Origin: Tubiluchus corallicola
Taxonomy: Eukaryota > Animalia > Priapulida
NCBI GenBank assembly: GCA_030141605.1
Contig: JAQGDQ010001026.1
Coordinates: forward strand, 1 to 64,000
Reading direction: 5' to 3'
Length of the DNA: 64,000 nt
The notes beneath the pieces were generated by a model. It did not search any database. It worked only from the letters and a program-made list of their open reading frames with translations, and was not told where the DNA came from. Positions 1 through 9,634 of this stretch are shown one piece after another (position 1 is the stretch's first letter; every line of letters starts with the position of its first letter). The translations under genes and the position numbers were made by a program.

Positions 1-282
1 CCATGTCAAAGTGAAAATAATTGTTGAAATTTATGAAAAATTCACAAATGCACCTAATGAGAAAGGCAAATTTACACACATTGTCGCTTTTCTTCTCTGA
101 ACAATTTTACTTTTAATTCTACGATTCAAACTTTTATGTGACAGGAGGGAAATGAATAATTACACCCTTCCCTTAAATTTGCCCCCAAAAACAGTTTCAA
201 AAAGGGCTCACTTTAACACAGTATGTTTTGTTGAGCAGCTAAAACTTACAAATTAGAGAAACGTGAAAATTTGACTCGTTAC

Positions 283-3200
283 CTGGGGCATTTGGGTACA
301 AATATCCACCTTGAATTTGCGGCTGCCGATCATCAAAGCGCGTTTCACCTATAAAACATGATAAGTGTCATTAAACTTTGCATCATTGAATAACACAGGT
401 GTAATGAGTTTCACCTATAAAACATGATATGTCATTAAACTTTGATCATTGAATACACAGGTAATGAGTTTCACCTAAAAACATGATAAGTGTCATTAAA
501 CTTTGCTCGAATAACACAGGTGTAATGAGTTTCACCTATAAAACATGATAAGTGTCATTAAACTTTGCATCATTGAATAACACAGGTGTAATGAGTTTCA
601 CCTATAAAACATGATAAGTGTCATTAAACTTTGCATCATTGAATAACACAGGTGTAATGAGTTTCACCTATAAAACATGATAAGTGTCATTAAACTTTGC
701 ATCATTGAATAACACAGGTGTAATGAGTTTCACCTATAAAACATGATAAGTGTCATTAAACTTTGCATCATTGAATAACACAGGTGTAATGAGTTTCACC
801 TATAAAACGTGATAAGTGTCATTAAACTTTGCATCATTGAATAACACAGGTGTAATGAGTTTCACCTATAAAACATGATAAGTGTCATCAAACTTTGCAT
901 CATTGAATAACACAGGTGTAATGAGTTTCACCTATAAAACATGATAAGTGTCATCAAACTTTGCATCATTGAATAACAAACTACGGCCACATCACGTTGA
1001 AAACAGCGGTTCTCGTCTGATCACTGAAGTTAAGCAACATAGAACCTGGTTAGTACTTGGATGGGTGACCGCCTAGGAATACCAGGTGCTGTAGGCTTGC
1101 GGGATGCCCACACTGTACCTCGACACTAGGCGGAGGAGCTGCACAAGCAGCCAGCGGCTAGAGGGCGGAGGAGGTCAAGTGACCCAGCGGCCATGTGTAA
1201 AGGAGTAAACCTTCCAAATCAGGAGTGGAGCCCCGAAGGTGGACCACTGCAGCATGTTCATTGACTCCTGCAGCCAACCTGGTGCGAAACGTATCACTCC
1301 GCTTTCCTTTGGACTACACCAGGGAGGAAGAGAGGGGGTTCCTGTTGTCTGGGCAACTCAGGATCTCGATATACCTTGCCCAGGCGTGCGTCCTGGAGAC
1401 GTTCAAGGATCGCACTGCTCAGCCACAGTCGATGCTGCAGCTCCATCACGCTCCGAGACAGAAGGATTCCAACAACAACTATTGAATAACACAGGTGTAA
1501 TGAGTTTTACAGAAACAAATGCTCACACTCACCATTATATAAAGAACTTTCATTGGGTTGACCAGTTCCTACTTGAAGCTGCTGAATGGCGTGCTGTTGC
1601 ATTTGAGTTTTATCGCCCTCTAGGTGCATGACTAGTCCATATTCGTCTTTCGTCTTACACGCCACCTTTACGTTTTCACTGAAATTAAAAAAAAGCCAGA
1701 TTAAGTCTAGCAGTTTTGGTACGGCTATAACCAGCACACAGTAATAAACAAGGTCAAAGCAAACCATGTGTAGTTTTGGCAATCTCAGCCCAGTCACACT
1801 TGGGTTAACATTATGGTGTAACATAATAGCGTAAGTTTTTATTAACTAACACTGATTGATCAGCTCTGTAAAGTTTTTATCAGTGATTATCAATGTATTT
1901 TAACAGCAAATAAAGGTTATTATATATATATATAAGGCACACATTCATTAACCAAATCATAGCTATTTTGCCAACGAAACGATGCTTAACCGAATGAGCA
2001 ACCGATGTGCTACCGAATCAAATTCTGAATAAAATATCAAGTTAAATTGGAATACTAGACTGAAGCCGGAACTGAATTTTCTGCCAAAATTGAACCGATT
2101 TTTTTTTGTAATTCCAATTGAGAAGAATTATAAACTCTGTAACGTTTTATGGTCTCAAGTCAGTAATTATTGGTGTCTTGTGTAAGTTTGTATTAATATA
2201 GTAGTAATATAATGTAGTAAGTTTGTGTTTTTACATACTGGTAAATTGGTTATGTAAAAAAGTAGTGAGTATTTTAAAAGCATATATAATTCTTTCAACA
2301 GCTGTTCAAATTATTTTGTATTTAAAGCACAAGAAAACCCTTCATAAAGCTTAAAAATTCGTTTTGAAATTTTATATCGCTTACATACTGCCTTTTTGCA
2401 CGCAGGACTTCAATCGGCAGTCACGCTGTACAAAACATGTAAATTTAAACTCCCGCAATGGCTGTTAGACGCAGCCATTTTGACAATAAGTCATTTGAAA
2501 CAAGTTTACATAACATTTTTTAAAGTTTGAAAAAATAATCAGCGCATTCATAGCGCAAATAAAATTTAAAATTACTGTATCTTGTCAATAAGATTAAAAA
2601 TACGTTTTTGGTTACTGAGTGGTGCACCCTGGAGGGTGAGTCAGCAACATTTTACCAATTGGTGAAAACATTTTAAATAATTAATAATTTTCTTTTCTAG
2701 TTACATAAATCTCTCTAGCAGGTAAGCGAAAATCTAAGTAATATAGATTTGCACGGAAAGTCTTTTGAGACATAATTTAACATTGCTTTCTCTTCCCTTC
2801 ATTTATGTTTGGTGCATGACGTCATGTAATGGCGACTTCGGAACAGTATTGCGGGAGATTTAAAATGGAAACAAACTAAAATTCCTTTCAGTGCGAGTAC
2901 GATATACGCATGAGATTGCTATAAAGTAATTATAATTTTTAATTTTTCTGAAACCTACTTCAGGTGCCCCTTTTCTTGTCCTTCAAGAACACCACTTAAC
3001 CAAAACTGTGATAGTATAATTGTTTACTGAGTTCCCACTGATATATTTCGTCATGTATAAGCTGTTGTGGAGATCGCTGGCATCTATTAGAATTACATGG
3101 AACATTGTAGAATGTTACGTTGGAATGATCGTCTTACCGTGTGGAATGTTCTGGAACAAAACTTCTAGAAGCTTCTCGGGCACGCTATATAAGGTGAAGC

Positions 3201-6200
3201 AGGTCGCTGAGACGGGAGCACACAGATTCACACGGACGCCACTTACACATTCTCTTGTATACTTACATTTTTAGATACACTAAAACGTTTTCCAAATTTT
3301 CACGTTTAGTGTAATCATTTCACGTTCCTTCATACTTTTGTGTTGTAGAATTCTCGCTTAATAAACTAGTTTAATTTTACGGCGTGTTTTCTGGTTTTCT
3401 CAAAACACAACATAAGCGAATACAGCGCCACCACACTGTTGCGCATTGACATGACTTGTGCAACGATGGTAAATCACATTCTTCAAGTTATCATACAGAA
3501 ACAGAAAGCAAAATATTGGGTGCTGCATCAATCATTCATAATAATTAGCTCAGTAGATGAGCAGAAATGTATTGCCAAAAAAAACTAAAACCACCAAACA
3601 TTACAAACAACAATAATAATAATGTCATACTGTCTATCCCCTTGCTTAGATAACCGTAGACAGTACTCGAAATTGTCAAACACGTCTTTGCTTGATTGTT
3701 GTGTACACTGACAATCTACATATACAGTAGATGACATTCTGCCACAGCCATTTGATTCAAAAAGGTTTTGACTGTGTGCAGTGAATTTTGTGCCTATGTA
3801 ATGTTGCCACAATAATTCAATCTGTTTGCCCAAAAGTTTGAGTTTTTGCATTGCCATTGCAGCAAGTTTACTGCTTTGCATAATAATCAAATTTGTATTT
3901 TTATCAGGGATGAGAATGACAAATTGCAAAAAAAAAACACTGAAACAGGCCGCCGGAGGTTTGGGGGCCGCGTAGTCCCCCATGGGGGTTCAAGGGGGGC
4001 GAAACCCCCTTGGAGCCAGTAACAAATTGCAATTTAGTGACCATAGAGAGCCTCTAAGTCAGGGGTGTCCAACCTTTTTGAACTGAGGGCCAAGTGTACA
4101 ACCTTCAAAGTAGTCGCGGGCCGGATTAGCAATTTCACAACCCCAAAAAGACAATGAAGCACAAAATACATTTTATGTTACATTTAAGCTAGAAGAGACA
4201 GTCTTGTAAGTTTATGCTTTTGATCAGTTTAATGTGAAATCTGGCACTGCTTTTGTTTGCACAAGTAGTCTATGTCTGCTCCAACAGTAGAAGTCGCAAG
4301 TCGTTCAACCACGAGTCATCATCCAGGAAACATACGTCCTTTCCTTTGTTTGTCATGAATCTCTTTATTTCATCACGTAGACTCCAGAATCTGAACAATG
4401 TTGATGCCTTGCTAAGCCAACAAACTTGGCAGAAGTAAACCACATCATCATGATCTGAGTCCACTTTCTCTAGAAACGATTTAAACTCCCTGTGATTGAG
4501 GCCTCTAGACCTGATGAAGTTGACAGCTGATACAACTTTATCCATCACGTGCTTCATTTCAAGGGTCTTGGCACACAGGTTTTCTTGGTGAATAATGCAA
4601 TGGTGTGCAATGATTTCATGAGGCACCGATTTTGCCAACAACGTTACAAATCCGTTTTGCTTCCCTGTCATGGCAGGAGCCCCATCTGTCGTAATGCCAA
4701 TCAGTTTGTTCGTAGAAAAGTTGAATTTCTTAATTACCCGATTCACTTGTTCAAAGACGTCCTTTCCTGTTGTGGTGCCCATCATTGGACAAATATCCAA
4801 CAATTCCTCGACGACAACAAAAGTTTTCGTAACTCCTCTTACAAATACAGCCAGTTGAGCGGTGTCACTTATGTCCGTGCTCTCATCAACCGCTAAGCTG
4901 TAGAACTCGCAACCGCTGAGTCTCTGGATCAATGTGTCTTCAATATTTTTTGCCATGACATCAGCTCTTCTAGAAACAGTTTGGTGAGAAAGATTGACAT
5001 TTTCTACGACAGACTTCTTCTCAGGGAAGACCACATCCGTAAATATTTGCAAGTAATCCTTCACAAACTGCCCATCTGAAAACGGTTTTCCTTTCTTGCC
5101 AATAGTCTCTGCTACTAAAAAGCTAACCTTGGTTGCTGCTTCAGAACTCAGAGTCGCTACTTTGAAGAAGGACTGCTGACCAGCGATACTTTGTTTCAAC
5201 AAGTTGATTCGATCAGTCCGGGTTTGACCAACCAGGCTATCAAATTTACTAGCATGCTTCGTGCTGTAATGTCGCTTGATGTTGTACTCCTTCTGAACAG
5301 CGAAAGTTTCTTGGCAAATCAAACACAATACGCTACCAAAATGTTCCGTCACGAAAAAATCTTCCGTCCACGAACATTTGAACAAGCGATTTTCAACATC
5401 AATTTTACGTTTCTTATGTGCTGGCGCCGCCATTAAAATGTTTACGTTTAAACTGGTCCTACTTTTACACTGACAACACCGATAGTATTCATGCGCATGT
5501 TTGACAAACAGCATCGATCCACACTTAATAGGCCACAGTACAGACTGTCTGTCTGCCTTGCGTCGACCTGCTGAGTCAGAAATCGAAGTCACGTGTTAAT
5601 GACTGTGACCTTCATGGATTGTTGACGACCGGCAAATCTGATAGTTGAGTTACAAGTGCAGCTGTCTATTAAATTTTGACAAAATAAGAGAAACTTCGCG
5701 GGCCGGATAGAAACGCATGGCGGGCCGGATTCTGGCCCGCGGGCCGTATGTTGGACACTCCTGCTCTAAGTGGACTTAAAATATCAGTTCCCTTGTTTCA
5801 TGCATAATTTAAAATACCCAACTATCAAGGATACATGATACCTAATTGTCTCAAAAACACCTAAGTACAAGCCGCTCCTGTGCAAAAGTATATAAAAACT
5901 GTCTGCAATTGACTCAAATAACTCCACACAATTGATTCTATATTTTTATACATAGAGATATACACGTGGTTGCACTGATGTACGTGATGTAAACAAAGTG
6001 ACGGCCTGCCAACTAGCGGTCAGTTTGTGAAATAATGTACTGGGTCCGTAAGAATTTTCTCAACGAATTTATGCAATTTACAAAAATGGCACTACTGGTC
6101 TTCCAAAAACTTGGAATTCCGCGGAAAATTCTCATCCCTGATTTTAATTATTAAAAAACTGCAGTTACAAAATTATACCAAACTGCGAATTTGAATACGA

Positions 6201-7083
6201 GTAACTTTGTGACACTATACTAATATAACATTGCTTTGATGTAGGTTATCTAACACAATTACATAAATAACTACATTTTTATTAAATTCTTGTAATAAAT
6301 GATCAGTTTTCATTTTCATTTCGATCCGACTCTGGAGAGAAGAATCAGTTTTGGTATCAGTTTCAATTTTTTGCTTTGCTAACAACCCTGGTTGTGAGAT
6401 AGTTGGTGTTCACTTTAAGTTACTTACCCGTTAGAATCGGGAGGTAAAGGCGTCGGATATTCTGACAAAAACATATCATGAGAACGTTTCAAAGAACGAA
6501 ACACCAGCGTATGCACAGAGTGTTTTTGCACTTCCTGTAAAATGACAAAATGCGTCAGAAACAAACCTTACTCTGTTTACTGGAAACCATCTTATTATCC
6601 TGTATTCATAAATGCCATATTCAGTTTCCATTTCATTTCGGCATGTAACTTAAGACTTATAATAGCATACAGCCTTACAGGCTGATACAGAAGCTGAATG
6701 TGGTACCAACCGCTGAGAAGCAAATCATAACGTACGTACGTATTGGAATGCGCATAGCGTAAAAAATCACAGTAAAATTACAAATGAAAAAATGAATAAG
6801 GTAAATTAATTTTTATTCATTTTTAAATATACTAAGCCTACTTTGTTCCCTAATAAATAATATAATATACTTGTGCAAACAAAGGAACATGTTAAAAGAA
6901 TTAGTCTGCAGCCTGAAAGCAATCTCTATAAAGGCCTATTACTATTAGTTTATGAACGTGAGCATACTAATACTAAGCTAGCATACTGTACCTGGCCGGC
7001 AACTTCTATCTCTGATGTTAATCATCATGTCAGAATTGTTTACTTACCTCTGTGCCATCACTGGTCGGCCGACTGTAAGCCAT
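283..7083 (-). CDS. PLRG1: Pleiotropic regulator 1 (Prp46 homolog, Prp19/NTC spliceosome), 5' part; continues beyond the left edge
   Basis: Hand-spliced exons 7048-7083, 6428-6534, 1533-1678, 283-348, all GT-AG, phases 0/2/1/1. Translation [67 protein letters not shown]...[22 protein letters not shown]. [17 protein letters not shown](T/S)HDMF is the characteristic PLRG1 N-terminus. Confidence 0.9.
342..978. repeat. 66-bp minisatellite, about 10 units, each containing a copy of the PLRG1 intron-3 acceptor
   Basis: Unit gtttcacctataaaacatgataagtgtcattaaactttgcatcattgaataacacaggtgtaatga starts at 342, 408, 468, 529, 595, 661, 727, 793, 859 and 925. The last unit is interrupted by the SINE and resumes at 1481-1510. 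Confidence 0.97.
979..1480 (+). mobile_element. 5S rRNA-derived SINE (SINE3 type), copy 1
   Basis: Near full-length 5S head at 981-1096 (agttaagcaa box A-like, gtacttggatgggtgacc box C) with no poly-T terminator. About 380-bp body shared with copies 2 and 3, (caa)n tail, TSD attgaataaca at 968-978 and 1481-1491. Confidence 0.92.
1826..1934 (+). repeat. Short interspersed repeat with hairpin and (TA)n end; second copy at about 63160-63267
   Basis: About 105 bp near-identical at two loci (ttattaactaacactgattgatc...atcagtgattatcaatgtattttaa...aataaa..ttattatatatata). Confidence 0.7.
2326..2982 (-). mobile_element. Non-autonomous TTAA-flanked DNA element (Kolobok- or Crypton-like)
   Basis: ttaa|agcacaagaaaa ... 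ttttcttgtcct|tcaa. Homologous in inverted orientation to 34711-35247. Confidence 0.7.
3063..3412 (+). mobile_element. Solo LTR, copy 1
   Basis: TGTTGTG...CACAACA inverted ends, 5-bp TSD taagc, TATA-like ctatataagg at about 3185, aataaa at about 3360. Homologous to 35486-35856. Confidence 0.9.
4060..5763 (-). mobile_element. hAT transposon, Buster/Charlie (SPIN-like) group, internally deleted
   Basis: TIR caggggtgtccaac / gttggacactcctg; perfect 8-bp TSD ctctaagt with central TA; subterminal gcgggccg motifs. Confidence 0.95.
4270..5433 (-). pseudogene. C-terminally truncated hAT transposase (SPIN/GTF2IRD2-like)
   Basis: ORF from the ATG at 5433 has KKRKID..R.F...W, a CLIC...N.KRHY...H zinc finger, [16 protein letters not shown] and [10 protein letters not shown]. 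The conserved RWLS reads CWLS. The ORF stops before the catalytic Glu and dimerization region. Confidence 0.9.
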
Positions 7084-7089
7084 TGCTTG

Positions 7090-7600
7090 TCTTTAGCTTT
7101 TAGTCATAAATTTTAAAAATTACTAAAAATGAAATTGTTATCACTTAACATGCAGTGCGCTTTTGAACTACTGTACCTAAATGTTCACTTGTCTTTAAAT
7201 TTCTCAAGTGCTATTTTCTGGAAAATTTGACTCAAACAATTTTCTGAGAAACCAAAATTATTATTGCCTACAAAACTTTTCGTCAAAATCTTCCTGAAAT
7301 TACCAAAAAGTTTTCTTATGCAGTTTATTTTTATTTTCCTTCTTAGTCTTGCACTCGTTATTGGTATCAACCACAGATGGCACTCTTTGTTGAAAGTACG
7401 CGAAAACGAAATTGTAACGTTTTGTGGTTAAATTAGTAAATTACTCGTTTTTAATCATTTAGTGATAATAACTGTCGTCCGTAACTGAAATCAGCGTTCG
7501 TCATTTGCTTCATGTGTCTTTGCAGTTCAAGATTTGGACGGTAGTATTTGAATATTAGCATCAGATCATGAGACTTAAAATAAGCTTAGTTTTAATTCAA
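7090..7600. promoter_or_regulatory. Probable bidirectional promoter region for PLRG1 and MEPCE
   Basis: Divergent start codons at 7083 (-) and 8035 (+). Motif ccacagatggcac at 7371-7383 resembles a CTCF-type site. Position inferred only. Confidence 0.4.
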
Positions 7601-8034
7601 TGTCACTTAGTCTTACTCTTACTTAGTAATAGTATAATATATTCAGTTAATTCGGAGACTAGGTCTTAGAAAGCTGTCTCATCCTCCCTGATTTTGACCA
7701 GCATTCTGAGTTTACTTTGTGTCTCATCTGAATTACTTACGTGAACTACTATTTGCAACACTGCTTTGAATTGTGTTTTTGCCTTTTTTGGCACCGTATT
7801 TTCTTTCAATCACTCTTTGTCATAATCAAATTGACTAATGCTGTTGCTGTGGCTTGGCCGACTGCAACTGCTGAATGTTTTACTGTGTTCCTAATGAATG
7901 TCTGTGTTTCAGGTCATCGAAGTGTTGGAGAGTTTAAGCCTTTAAGCAGAAACCTAGCAAGCTGATCTTTTACGAGCTGAAGAGCAGTCTTACCAGACAG
8001 AGTTTAATGAGCTGAATAGAATTTGACTATCACA

Positions 8035-9594
8035 ATGAAACCTGAGACAGTTGATAAAGCACATGTATGTGTTTGTACCATACATATTTGCTAAATAAGC
8101 AAGTACTATGTCCATATTCGGCTATTATTAACATTTGTGTAATTGTATGGCAAAATCGTATATTTTTGCTGTACGTACGTGCATGTAGTGTATATAATGT
8201 ACCAAATCATTACAGTCTTTGTAGTTAAAGTGCAAGCACCACAAAAAATTTTGTTCAGAGAATGAGTGTATGATTTAACCGTGTACGGGGTTCCTTACAC
8301 AATGGCTACCAAAATTAAAGTCTCAAAAATGGCCAAAATAATGGGGGTGGCTGCAAAGGTGAGCCAAGTCGACAATTAAACTCTTCTAGATATTCACATA
8401 TCCCGAATCTCCATTTCGTGTGGATCTTTTTGATACCAAGCTCATCGCTCTGTATTATTTCTAAGTTGAGATAATCCACGTTGAAGTTGAGATGCAGGCT
8501 ACTCACTGAGAAAAACAATCTTGAGAAAATCACTGTTAAAGTTAGCCATTGTTTTTGTCGCGTTTCTACAAAACACTTAGCAACCGTTTAAATGTTGGTT
8601 GGTGCGGACTCTTTGCAAGAACACATTAAAGTCATGTTTAAATCCATCAAATGACTCTTTCTGTCAAAGATTTGGGCTTGGCAATAGAAAAAAAACCTGA
8701 AACAAAATGACTGCTGTAACACGCTGATATCGGAGTTTGAAATTGCAAGTTTTTTGCAAATAGCCGTACTAGTTTCTAGCACGGAATATGGATGAAAGGA
8801 TATAAAGTTAGATTTCTTGTATTTTTTGAACATTTCCTTGATAATTTGATGTTAGAATATAAACGTCCAATACATGTAGCATTTGTTTTTATAAAAAGCA
8901 AAAAATTTATATTTGAGAAAATTTTTGCTTGAATTTTTGCTTTGCTTTGCAAGATTCTACTTTGAAGCATATCATAATGCAGTTTTAACTATTCCAACTT
9001 GTAGATGGTTTTGGTTTGCAAGCACACGTTGTATTACTAGGTGCAAAAGCAGTGATTTTCTTGATATTTCTGATTATGAAGTGTCATATTTGTATATTGT
9101 TATTTTCCCAACCTTGTCGAATACAACTCTATTACTTCCAAACTTGGAAGCTAGGTAACCTTTCAACCAGTTTGCTATCTTTTATTTATTAAATTGATAC
9201 CAGCTTGTTGTTGTTTATCTGTGTATCTACCTGTGTTTCAAGTTTCTAAATTTGGTATATTTATAAGTTTTGTAGTATTTTGTGACAGTAAGCAACAGAA
9301 TGTCTTAAAACACATTTACATTTTGACCAGACGGTTTAGTCTAGTGGTAATGCGTCTGCTTTCTGTTTGGAAGGTCGTGAGTTCGAACCAGCGGCCGGGT
9401 CATACCAAAGACTTTAAAAATGGTACCTGCTGTTGCCCTGCCTGACGCGTGGTATTTAGGGTAAAAGTGGGGTAATAATAGTCTCTGTTATGCAGTTGTA
9501 GGTTGTTATTTACAGTCGGCGATAATAGCTCTTTGAGCTAATGTTAATTGTTGACCCAAAAGCCGACTTTAAATAAAGATTATTGTTGTTGTTG

Positions 9595-9634
<40 letters not shown>

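Larger units (their letters stand above)
3905..6140. mobile_element. hAT-type MITE hosting a nested hAT insertion
   Basis: TIR cagggatgagaat / attctcatccctg; 8-bp TSD atttttat / attttaat (1 mismatch). Related copy at 45053-45487. Confidence 0.85.

Noticed and set aside
1-222. Possible Transib/Chapaev terminus ending cactttaacacagt
   Set aside because: The terminal base does not give CAC and the other end is outside the window, so it cannot be supported.
981-1096. Functional 5S rRNA genes (also 16586-16700 and 50358-50473)
   Set aside because: No poly-T terminator, copy-specific substitutions, a shared downstream body and tail, and TSDs indicate SINE heads.
1225-1631. Recurrent ORFs MEPRR.../MDHC... 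(also 16826-17137 and 49953-50279) as a small protein family
   Set aside because: They are translations of the SINE body with frames broken differently in each copy.
1573-1678. PLRG1 exon 3 ending at caa|gtagga (1573) with exon 4 read as VKRALMIG...
   Set aside because: The donor at 1533 (atg|gtgagt) is stronger and gives GGYLYPNAP, which better matches the PLRG1 YP..PG segment.
3585-3983. 132-aa ORF or extra PLRG1 exon
   Set aside because: It starts inside a MITE, has no recognisable motif, and the PLRG1 exons join in phase without it.
9331-9405. tRNA gene
   Set aside because: A and B boxes are present, but there is no clean cloverleaf and it continues into a SINE core and tail in three copies.
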